Part shown: in pieces, positions 43,147 to 55,392 of the stretch
Layout: the number at the start of each line of letters is the position of its first letter
Position numbering within the stretch: position 1 is the first letter of the stretch
From: the human T2T-CHM13v2.0 reference genome, Homo sapiens
Direction: 5' to 3' (one strand)
NCBI RefSeq assembly: GCF_009914755.1
Contig: NC_060927.1
DNA length: 64,000 nt
Made by a program: the position numbers and the translations under genes
The notes under the pieces: model-generated
The model's database searches: none
What the model was told of the DNA's origin: nothing
The model's input: only the letters and a program-made list of their open reading frames with translations

Positions 43147-43962
43147 GATAGTTATTAAAGTATCTGTTATTAGTCAGGGACCATCTAAAATAAAGCCTGT
43201 AAGTTCCATCTGTTCAAATTCTTCATTTGCTTTTGTGTCTAGCTTGTAATTTTTTTACCTCTTAAAAAAATGTAAAATATATCTTTTAGGACAGTCTCAG
43301 CATGCCTGTCCACATTTTCAATGGAAGTCTCCTATCCTGCATACAGTAATCTAGTAGGATTTGATTTGGCCCAGTCGTTTTTGCTATGTGCTTTTAAACA
43401 GATTAGTTTATCTATTCATGATGCTGACTCCAACTTAATTCTCTGGGAGCAGGACTGATATTACATATAAAGCACTTTATTCTGGAGTGAAGCACTGAAG
43501 AAAGTGTTCTGTTGTTTCATTGTAGCTGTTTTTCTATTATTTAAGCATTCAAATTTGATCTTAGGAAAGGTCTTTTCATTTTTTTACCCTAATGGATATT
43601 ATAAACTGAAATTTTACATTTAGTGCCTAAAACACATTTATTATCATTTTATCTGTCTATATCTAATCATAACATCTATCTTTCATGTGTCTATCAAAAT
43701 TACATTTTACTTCTGGTCGCATTTGTCAGACAGATCTATCAAGGGAGACCATTCTGAAAAGTTGGAGTTTTTTTCTCTTTGGAACTTTGTGATGAATATT
43801 AGTGCAGAGTTGAGTTGTTTTGCTGGTTGTAGTGAGCAGTATTTGCTTTGTGTTCCTTTGCCTCTCTCCCTTGTTGCATGGCCATCCTTTTGCAGTTATG
43901 ACTCTGCTGTGGGTGTGTGCTGGCACTTCACCACCATCAATAAACCATGGGTTGGATTTTTA

Positions 43963-44239
<277 letters not shown>

Positions 44240-45164
44240 GTATCTAAAACTATTGTGTAAGAATCCACATGTCAGTCCCTTAAAACTTTTTTCTTTCTGT
44301 TCTTTTTGACCCCTACTTTTCCCAAACCTTAAATTTATTGTAGTGAACATTTTTTAATTTTTTCAATTAGTACAGTGAATAGTATTTACCAGTGTCTCTA
44401 ATTTTACATGGTTTCTTTTTCACACATTAAAAATTATCCCTGGCTGAGATAATTTATATAAAATTATATATTACCAGTTTGAACACTTAAAAGGGACTCA
44501 ATAAAGTTTAGTTTTTTGATTAGAAAAATTCTTTTCTTGTTAAAATTCTGGCGATTTTGAGCTAATGTTTATGACACCTTGTAGAAAAACATTCCCCTCG
44601 ATAGGAGGCACTCAAAGATGAGAAAAGCTAGAAATATGAGCAGAGGACCTGATTATTTACTAGGTTCCAAATATGTCAATCATCCTTATTACACAAAACT
44701 TAGGATTTGTGGCCTTCCTGAGATCACTTGTAAAACTTTGTTCACAGAGGCTGCAAACTTTGAAGAGGAAATAGCATAGATTTGCCACGGATAATGGAAG
44801 GTAAGTGATTGATATTGGCAGATTTCAAGGATGATGGCCCTTCCAATCAGGACCAGTGGACCACGTAATACTTGGATCAGATAATTGCCAAACGCAGTGA
44901 ACACTTTTCAGTTCTTATTTGATCTCCAGACATAGCAACAGCATCAAGTCAAATAAATGTTAGACTGGAAGGCTGAGTTGATAGTCTGGCCTTTACTTCT
45001 CTCTCCATAAGGCTGTTCGAAACCATTCCTTATTCACCTTTCTGTGAAACCTTCTACTTCATTAGGCCTCATGCCATCCAGCTCCAACACTCATTACACC
45101 CTCCATCTTTTACTGACAATATGCTATTTTCTTAGCTACTCATTGTTATTCATTAAACCTTTTC

Positions 45165-46590
45165 TCTTAAGCTTTTTTTTTGAAATAATTCATATTTATG
45201 AAAGAGTTGTAAAGATAGTATATAGATTCTCCACATACCCATCAGCCATCTTCCCCTGATGTTAACCTTTTATCTAACATGGCACATTTATCAAAACTAG
45301 AAATCAACAGTGGCACAACCCTATTAACTAAACAACAGACTTTATTTGAATTACATGAGCTTCTTCACTATGTTCTTTTTTCCAAAATCCAATCCAGTAC
45401 CACATTGCATTTATTTGTCATGTTTCCTTAGTCTCCTCTAATCTGTCTTTCTTTGCTTCACAACCTGTCCTTATTTCTCAGTCTTGACACTTCGGAAGAT
45501 TACTGGCCAGGTGTTTTGCAGAATGTCCCTCAGTTTGGGTTTTAGCTAATATTTTCTCATGACTATACTGGGGTTACAGAACACTGCCACAGAAGTGAAG
45601 TGCCCTTCCCATCATATCATGTCAGGGGGTAAATGATTTCCATCATCTCACAGTATTGGTGAGGTAAACTTTGATCACTTGATTAAGGTGATGTGTGCCA
45701 AGTTTTCTCACTATAAAGTTACTACATTTTGCCTTTTAATACTCATGTACTTAGAAGGAAATCACCAAGTCTAGCCTACGTTTAAGGAGAGGAGAATTAG
45801 AGGTAGAAATTCTACCTCTTTGAGGTAGTAATATTAAAAAAAGCTTGTGGATATATGTTAAAACTACCATAGTAAATATATTGAAGAAAAGACTGAGACT
45901 ATGTAAATACCTGTTTCTCTTTCTCTTTGATATTTTCCTACTACTTTTAGTATTCACCCATGAATCTTGTGAAAGCAAATATTGCTGGGTAATTTTCTAT
46001 TTGCCTTGTTCCTCCTACACTTATTATTTATAATTATTCTGTATGAAAGGTTTGTCACTTATTTATTTTAGAGACAGGGTCTTGCTCTGTCACCCAGGCT
46101 GTAGTGCAGTGAGGCAATCATAGTTCACTGTAACCTCAAACTCCCGAGCTCAAGACATCCTCTTACCTCAGCCTCCCAAGTAGCTAGGACTACAGGCGTG
46201 TATCACCATGCCTGGCTAAATTTTATTTTTTTTGTAGAGGAGGGGTCTCCCTGTGCTACCCAGGCTGGTCTTGAACTCCTGACATCAAGTGATCCTCCTG
46301 CTTTGGCCTCACAAAATCCTGGGATTACAGGTGTAAGTGACCATGCAGCCCTATTTCTTTATTTATTGAACCATTTATTTACATGTAGGTATTCATGAGT
46401 ATGAAGTTATGGATATTTATTTTACTTTTTTGTGCTATAATGCAGTGCCGTTGTTTCATTGCTCAAAAAGCTTTGCCCATTGGAGATATTTTAGGGTTTT
46501 TTTTTTTTTTTGTATTCTAAGACATCTCATTCTTTTGTCTTTTTTAAAGCACCTCCTTTTTGGTATTCATCAAAATTTTTCTATTTATTA
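45165..46590 (-). mobile_element. L1MC 3' region with nested AluJ (46059-46351)
   Basis: acatttatcaaaactagaaatcaac, ttttgcagaatgtccctcagtttggg, gatcacttgattaaggtg. Confidence 0.7.
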
Positions 46591-46639
46591 ATTAAAGCCA
46601 TCTTATTAATTATTTCTTCCATTGCAATTTGTAACATTG

Positions 46640-48595
46640 TGCTGGTATCTTCCATGCCTATATAAACAACTCATCCAATAGCAGTAATATCTCAATTCTG
46701 CAACCTCATCAGCTCCCATGATAGTTACCTCCACTTGACTTCAGCCACTGAAGTGGCCTAGTGCTGGATTTTATCATCATCTGGAATTGCTCTACTTTTG
46801 TAATATCAGATTCAAATATTCAGTTCTTCCTGGTCTCTCAGTCTCTTCCCCCAACAATTGTTCTTTGTCTCATAGGAGCCTTCAATCTCTTCGCTTCTCT
46901 ATTTTCTACCAATTCATAGAGCTTAGCACTTAGAGCCCGTGGGCCAGAACTTTGATCAGTCCTGGGTGCTACCAGTCCAAAGCACGCAACCTTGTTAGGC
47001 TGTTAGCAGCTGATGAGCTCATCTCTTGCTGCACAGAGACAATAGAAATCATCAGAAAGAACACCCTCAACTCCAGCAACAAACTGATGATCTTACCTAT
47101 CCTCCTCTTATATCTTCCTCCTTTACTCTTGTTCCTCCCATAAAGGATTTGGTCATATTCCTATGTAAGGCTAATCTCCTCCACCGGGGTTCTGAATCCC
47201 ATTCTCTCCCTCTTTTCTAACCACCCAGTCTCATGATTATCCTTCTATCTACCATATCTTCAAATTCTTCCTTTCTCCTGCTGCCTCCTTTACTTGAGCA
47301 TGTAAAGAAAGCAAAATGAAACAAAGGCCCTTCCTCAAGTCCATGTTACCCTCTAAGTACATCCATTACATTTATTTGCCCCTTAACAGGCACACATTTT
47401 GAGGATTGTGTACTACCTGTCTTCTACTTCTTAGTCCACTATGATTCAGCTTCTGTCTTCTTGCACTATTTCACTACATTGCTCTTACCAAAGTTGCCAA
47501 TGGCCTCCACATAACTAAATCCAGTGGGTACTTATCAGTCCTCACCTTACTTGATCATCCTTGTTGATCACACTCCCTTCTTAAAATCCTCATTTTATTT
47601 TGCTTCAGTGACATCTTTTATTTTTCCTCTAATTATTCTGGCTGTTCCTCTTTCTTTACATATTCTTCAGGGTTCTGATCTAGATCCCCATCTCATATCA
47701 CATACATTTCTGGGGAAATTTATCTTCAACTACTATTCCGTGGCTTAAAAATTTTCATTTCAAGCCTAGACATCTCTCATGGGCCTCAGCCACAGGTATC
47801 TCTTTGCCCCCTTCATACCAACACTTGAATGTTCCTTAAGTAACCCGGATGTATACATCTACAACTAAACTCTACATCTGGCTCCTCAAGCAGGACCTCC
47901 TCTTTGATGCTTCTGTTGGTGAAAAGTATCACAATCTCCCTGTAGCTAAAATTAGAAACCCAGGGGTGGAGGGGAAGTCTTTCTTGACTCTTTTATTTCT
48001 CAAATAAGAAGCCACATCAAGAATTGCTGATTCTACTTCTTAATAGCGCTCAAGCCTTTCTATTTATGTTTATCCTCTCTGAAACCCTTTATCTCTCAGC
48101 AGGATTATGACAATAGCCTTCTAATTGTGTTCTCTGCCTCTAATCTTGTTCCCCACTAATCAATTCTCCACATGCTGCTTGTTTGACTTCCAAATGCAAA
48201 TGGGAACAAATCCCTTCCTTCAATTGCTCCAGTGGTCCTTAGTCTAAAACACAAAATTCTAATCTGGATTCACAAGCCCTACCTGAGCCTGGATTATTTG
48301 TCAGGCCTCATCTGTTGCCAGCTTCTTCTTCTAAATTTATATTTTCTCTTGCCTCCAGAAATATTTTATTTTATTTTTTGCCTATAATACTCTTGTCTGC
48401 CCTTCCCCTTCTTTCAGTTCTCTCAAGTCATTCCCCCATGTCTTCCTTGACCACCTTTCTACCCCCATCAGGATTGGTTAGATGCCCTTCCTTTGTGCTC
48501 CCATAGCACCCATATCCTGTTAAAGCACTTAGCAAACAAAATGTATTGTTTACTTGCCTATCTCCCCAATAAGCACTTACTGAATACATGAATTC
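46640..48595 (+). mobile_element. L2 fragments
   Basis: Pyrimidine-rich L2 body (ccaatggcctccacataactaaatccagtgg) and a tgaatacatgaa-type tail; degenerate. Confidence 0.55.
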
Positions 48596-50918
48596 CTTGG
48601 ATTTTTAATGAGCCATAACTACCCTCTCTGCTACCCTTCATTTTAATTTTTTTCTAGGCAAGAATTGATTTAAAGCAGAGTTTATTTCAGAAAATCGTTT
48701 CAGACACATTTCGCCATGGAAACGTTATTACAAATTGTACTTATGTTCTCAGATAATTTAATATTGTTAATAACTCATATCTTAATTAATAATTCCCCTT
48801 GGAATTTTCCTACCTATTATCATTGCTCTATAAAAATCTCAATTTTCCTTTCTGCCCGTTCCCTGTTTATCTCTCATTTTCTTCTATAGCATCTCAGCCC
48901 CATTATAGGTTAAATAGGGTTTTGTGAGTTTGGGACCTCTTTGCAACATTGTTTATTTGGGGAATGGCAAATTGCCATTCTTAGCAAGAAGAGAATGTGG
49001 TGGCACAGATAATGTTTATATTCTAGTTGAATCCACATCAGTTGGCCAATTGACTATTTCTTTGTTTATGGAAAACTGGAACGGCTAGAGGTTGTGATTG
49101 CTACAATGCCTATGACCCACTGTCAGTTACTGAAATGAGATTGCAATTTTTCTGTATATGTTTTTTCTAGACCATTGCTAAGGTACTTCGCGGTCACTAA
49201 GGATAAAAGTAATAATGAACCAGGCACAGGCCAGGTCAGCCATTTATATGTACAAATGTTGATTATTCAAGTTTATAAAACCTGGGGAAGTACACACACA
49301 CACACGCCACGCAGACACACACACACACCTGTTAACCTGTTATGATTAAAAGTTATTTTGCTGACAGTATTGCTTCCTGGGTTATCAGTGTGAAAGAAAA
49401 ACGTTCTATGATGCAAAGTCTCTTCTGCCTTGAGGTTGTGACTCCTTGATGAGAGTTGAACTCTCAAAAACTGAATTGGCAATTTACTGGTATCTGAGTG
49501 GTTAATGTTCAGATTCATGTTGACCCACCTCAAGAGTACATTTGGACTGCCCTCTGATTGGCAGAAGTTCTAAAACTGTGGCTGTTTGCTTCACTGTTCT
49601 TCACCTATTTAGGCTGCCTGATGCTTTTGCTGAAACAAAGCAACTCTCTTGGGCTGCCAGGTACCAAGGTTATCTGTCTCCTCATGTTGATTTTTGGCAG
49701 TCAACAGGCATGCTGCTGTGTCTTTCAGTGTCCTTGTGCAGCAACAAGGGCTTGGTTGCTGCTGGTCAAACATGAAGGTTGTTTTATTAGTGCATCAGGT
49801 ACATGCAGCTACTTTGTTGCTCTATTCACCTAGACCTAATCGGCTAAGGTAAGTTTTTCAGTACACTCTTGATGTAGTTTTTCAATCATCTTTATGTCCT
49901 ATAGAGTTTATGTGCAAAAGAAATCATTTTGCCTTCATATTTTAGCGGTAGCAGCTTATACTAAATTATTAAACTATAGCTTACAGTTTAGAGGCATGCT
50001 TACCAAGTTGTGTGAATAATAGTTTTATGCTTAAGCTTAGCCTGTTGACCAGGTAGTGGGTATGCTAAGAGCAATGCCTGGTCTGGTCTTTCACCTCTAT
50101 GGGAGATAATATTTGGTCTAAGGATTGTAACTTGTTAGTTGGTTATCATATATTGAACCTCTAAAATGTTTAAAGCATTGGCATAGGCATTATAAGGAAG
50201 TTAAAGACTCTATGATTGTGTTAGCCACTCAAAATACATACTCATGAAATGGTCCTAAAACGATCCCATTAAGTACAAGCCTTTAAGTTAAATTTGTAGT
50301 AAATGCTGAGCTTGAAGTCAAGGAGTGATCAGAATGAGGAAAAGTTCATTCATTCAACAAATTCAAGAAAATATTTATTGAGTACCTAACTTGTGCAAAG
50401 CACTGTGCTAGGTTAGATGTTGGGGTTAACAAAATAAATCCATATGTTCACTTGCCTCAGAATCTTAAGAAGAAGACAGTATATAAGAATTACATGAGCG
50501 GCTGCTCTGTCTGTGGAGTAGCCATTCTTTTATTGCTTTACTTTAATGAACTTGCTTTCACTTTGCACTCCAGACTCACCCTGAATTCTTTCTTGTGCAA
50601 GATCCAATAACCCTCTCTTGGGGTCTGGATCAGGGTCCCTTTCCTGTAACATATTTCTGGTGACCACAGAAGTGATTATAGAGCAGAAACCCTGACCCAA
50701 CGGCTACCTTTGGGTCCTGTAACACGTTTCTGGTGGACCATGGAAGGGACAATACTGAAGAGACCCCCAACCCAAAGGAAAATAATCTGTGTGCATCAGT
50801 TGGCTGACTTTGGGTAAGTGGGGTGCATATACCTGGGTAAAGAATGGGATTGGGTTAGAGGCCCAACTTAGAGGAGTTAGAGTCTCTCCTAAAACAGAGT
50901 GGGTTAGAGGCCCCTCTT

Positions 50919-53900
50919 TTTGTTTTTATATTACTTTAAGGTCTGGGATACATGTGCAGAACCTGCAGGTTTGTTACATACCATGTGCCATGGTGGTTTG
51001 CTGCACCTATCAACCTGCCATCTAGGTTTTAAGCCCTGCATACATTAGGTATTTGTCCTAATGCTCTCCCTCCCCTTCCCCCCAACAACCCAACAGGCCC
51101 TGGTGTATGATGTTCCCCTTACTGTGTCCATGTGTTCTCATTGTTCAACTCCCACTTATGAGTGAGAATATGTGGTGTTTGGTTTTCTGTTCCTGTGTTA
51201 GTTTGCTGAGAATGATGCCTTCCAGCTTTATCCATGTTTTTGTATATTGAACCAGCCTTGCATTGCCGGGATGAAGCCAACTTGATCGTAGTGGAGAAGC
51301 TTTTTGATGTGCTGCTGGATTTGGTTTGCCAGTATTTTATTGAGGATTTTCACATGGATGTTCATCAGGGATATTGGCCTGAAATTTTCTTTTTTTGTTG
51401 TGTCTCTGCCAGGTTTTGGTCTCAGGATGATGTTGGCCTCATAAAATGAGTTAGGAAGGAGTCCCTCTATTTCTACTGTTTGGAGTAGTTTCAGAAGGAA
51501 TGGTACCAGCTCCTCTTTGCACCTCTGGTAGAATTTGGCTGTGAGTCTGTCTGGTCTTGGGCTTTTTTGGTTGGTAGGCTATTAATTACTGCCTCAATTT
51601 CAGAACTTGTTATTAGTCTACTCAGGGATTTGACTCCTTCCTGGTTTAGTCTTGGGAGGGTGTATGTGTCCAGGAATTTATCCATTTCTTCTAGATTTTC
51701 CAGTTTATTTGCATAGAGGTGTTTGTAGTATTCTCTGATGGTAGTTTGTATTTCTGTGGGATCAGTGGTGATATCCCCTTTGTCATTTTTTATTGTGTCG
51801 ATTTGATTCTTCTCTTTTCTTCTTTATTAGTCTACCTAGCGGTCTATTTATTTTGTTAATCTTTTCCAAAAACCAACTCCTGGATTCATTGTTTTTTGAA
51901 GGGTTTTTCATGTCTCTATCTTCTTCAGGTCTGCTCTGATCTTAGTTATGTCTTCTGCTAGCTTTTGAATTTGTTTGCTCTTGCTTCTCTAGTTCTTTTA
52001 AGTGTGATTTTAGAGTGTCAATTTCAGACCTTTCCTACTTTTGATGTGGGTATTTAGTGCTATAAATTTCCCTCTAAACACTGCTTTAGCTGTGTCCCAG
52101 GGATTCTGGTACATTGTCTCTTTTTTCTTATTGGTTTGAAAGAACTTCTTTATTTCTGCATTAATTTCGTTATATACCCAGTAGTCATTGAGGAGCAGAT
52201 TGTTCAATTTCCATGTAGTTGTGTGGTTTTGAGTGAGTTTCTTAATCCTGAGTTCTTATTTGATTGCACTGTGGTCTGAGTGACTGTTTGTTATGATTTC
52301 CATTCTTTTGCATTTGCTGAGGAGTGTTTTACTTCCAATTATGTGGTCGATTTTAGAATAAGTGCTATGTGGTGCTGAGAAGAATGTATACTCTGTTGAT
52401 TTGGGGTGGAGAGTTCTGTAGATATCTATTAGGCTTGCTTGATCCAGAGCCGAATTCAAGTCCTGAATATCCTTGTTAATTTTTTGTCTCATTGATCTGT
52501 CTAATATTGACAGTGGGGGCTAAAATCTCCCACTAGTATTGTGTGGGAGTCTAAGTCTCTTCGTAGGTGGCTAAGAACTTGTTATATGAATCTGGGTGCT
52601 CCTGTATTGGGTGCATGTATATTTGGGATAGTTACCTCTTCTTGTTGCATTGATCCCTTTACCATTATCTAATGCCCTTCTTTGTCTTTTTTTGATCTTT
52701 GTTGGTTTAAAGTCTGTTTTAACAGAGACTAGGATTGCAACCCCTGCTTTTTTTTTTCTTTCCATTTGCTTGGTAAATCTTCCTCCATCCCTTTATTTTG
52801 AGCCTATGTGTGTCTTTGCATGTTAGATGGGTCTCCTGAATACAGCACGCTGATGGGTCTTGACTGTTTATTCAATTTGCCAGTCTGTGTCTTTTAACTG
52901 GGGCATTTAGCCCACTTACATTTAAGGTTAATATTGTTATGTGTGAATTTGATCCTGTCATTATGATTCTAGCTGGTTATTTTTCACATTAGTTGATGCA
53001 GTTACTTTATAGTGTCATTGGTCTTTACATTTTGATGTGTTTTTGCTGTGGCTAGTACAGTTTTTTTCTTTCTATATTTAGTGCTTCCCTAAGGAGCTCT
53101 TGTAAGGCAGGCCTGGTGGTGACGAAATCCCTCAGCATTTCCTTGTCTGTAAAGGATTTTATTACTCCATTGCTATGAAGCTTAGTTTGGCTGGATATGA
53201 AATTCTGGGTTGAAAATTCTTTTCTTTAAAAATGTTGAATATTGACCCCCACTCTCTTCTGGCTTGTAGGGTTTCTGCAGAGATATCTGCTGTTAGTCTG
53301 ATGGGCTTCCCTTTGTAGGTAACCCAACCTTTCTCTCTGGCTGCCCTTAACATTTTTTCCTTCTTTTCAACCTTGGAGAATCTGACAATTATGTGTCTTG
53401 GGGTTGCTCTTCTTGAGGAGTATCTTATTGGTGTTCTCTGTATTTCCTGAATTTGAATGTTGGCCTGTCTTGCTAGGTTGGGTAAGTTCTCCTGGATAAT
53501 ATCCTGAAGTGTGTTCTCCAACTTTGTTCCATTCTCCCCATCACTTTCAGGTACACCAATCAGTCTTAGGTTTGGTCTTTTCACATAGTCCCATATTTCT
53601 TGGAGGCTTTGTTTGTTCCTTTTCATTCATTTTTCTCTAATCTTATCTTCATGTCTTATTTCAGTAAGGTGATCTTCAATTTCTGATATCCTTTCTTCCA
53701 CTCGATCGATTTGGCTATTGATACTTGTGTATACTTCATGAAGTTCTTGTGCTGTATTTTTCAGCTTCATCTAGTGATTTAAAATTATTCCTCTCTAAAC
53801 TGGTTATTTTAGTTAGCACTTCTTGTAACCTTTTTATCGAGGTTCTTAGCTTCCTTGCATTGGGTTAGAACATGCTCCTTTAGCTCAGAGGAATTTGTTG

Positions 53901-55392
53901 TTACCCACCTTCTGAAGCCTACTTCTGTCAATTTGTCAGTGTCATTCTCCATCCAGTTTTGTGCTCTTGCTGGAGAGGAGTTATGATCATTGGGAGGAGA
54001 AGAGGCATTCTGGTTTTTGGAATTTTCAGCATTTTTGCACTGGTTTTTCTTCATCTTCATGGATTTATCTGCCTTTGATCTTTGAGGCTGAAGACCTTTG
54101 GATGGGGTTTTTGTGTGGGGGTATTTTTTTGTTGATGTTGACGTTGTTTTCTGTTTGTTAGTTTTTCCTCTAACAGTAAGGTCCCTCTTCTGCAGGTCTG
54201 CTGCAGTTTGCTAGAGGTCCACTCCAGACCCTGTTTGCCTGGGTGTCACCAGTGGCGGCTGCGGAACAGGAAAGATTGCTGCCTGCCCCTTCCTCTGGAA
54301 GCTTTATCCCAGAGGGGCACCAATGTAATGCCAACTGGAGCTCTCCTGTAGGAGGTGTCTGTTAACCTTGTTGGGAGGTCTCTCCCAGTCAGGAGGCACA
54401 GGGATCAGGGACCCACTTGAGGAGGCAGTCTGTGCCTTAGCAGAGCTGGTGCGCTGTGCTGGGAGAATCACCCTTGTCAGGATCAGCTGCTGTCTTGAGA
54501 GCTGGCAGGCAGGAACAATTAAATCCGTTGAAGCTGTGCCCACAGTTGCCCCTTCCCCCAGGTGCTCTGTCCCAGGGAGATAAGAGTTTTATCTGTAAGC
54601 CCCTGACTTGGGCTGCTGTCTTTCCTTCAGAGATGCCCTGCCCAGTGAGGAGGAATCTAGAGAAATAGTCTGGCCACAGCTGCTTTGCCGCACTGTGGGG
54701 AATTCTGCCCAGTCCTAACCTCCCAGCCTCCTTAGCACTCTCAGGAGAAAACCACCTACTAAAACCTCAGTAATGGCAGACTCCCCTCCCCCAACCAAGA
54801 TTGACTGTCCCAGGTCGACTTCAGACTGCTGTGTTGGCAGTGAGAATTTCAAGCCAGTGTTTCTTAGCTTGCTGGGCTCCATGGGAGTGGGACCTGCTCA
54901 GTGAGAACTTGGGTCTCTGGCTTCAGCCGCTTTTTCAGAGGAGTGAATGGTTCTGTCTTGCTAAGGTTCCAGGTGCCACTGGGATATGAAAAAAGCTCCT
55001 ACAGCTAGCTCAGTGTCTGCCCAAACAGCTACCCAGTTTTGTGCTTGAAACCCATGGCCCTGGTGGTGTAGGCAAACGAGGGAATCTCTTGATCTCCGGA
55101 TTGCAGAAACCGTGGGAAAAGCATAGTACCCGGGCCAGGTAACACAGACCCTCATGGCTTCCCTTGGCTGGGAAAGGGAGGCCCCCTGCTCCTTGCACTC
55201 CTTGAGTAAGGCAACGCCCCACCCTGCTTCTGATTGCTCTCTGTGGGTTGCACCCATTGCCTAACCAGTCCTAATGAGATGAACTGGGTACCTCAGTTGG
55301 AAATGTAGAAATCACCTGCCTTAGGCATTGGTCTCCCTGGGAGCTAGAGACCAGAGCAATTCCTATTCAGCCATCTTGGCCCCTCCCCCGCA
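50919..55392 (-). mobile_element. L1PA8-like, both ends present, ~2 kb internal ORF2 deletion, nested in MER41-int
   Basis: 5' end ggccaagatggctgaatagg; ORF1 fragments at 53162-53626 and 53809-54060; endonuclease fragments at 52256-52765; 3'UTR ctaggttttaagccctgcatacattagg; TSD aggcc(c/a)ctctt at 50908-50918 and 55393-55403. Confidence 0.9.

Noticed and set aside
51225-51250. L1 internal deletion as a spliced L1 RNA
   Set aside because: It is close to a known late ORF2 acceptor, but the upstream breakpoint (...caatatacaaaa) is not followed by GT in the recalled consensus, and the exon-start GG is missing.
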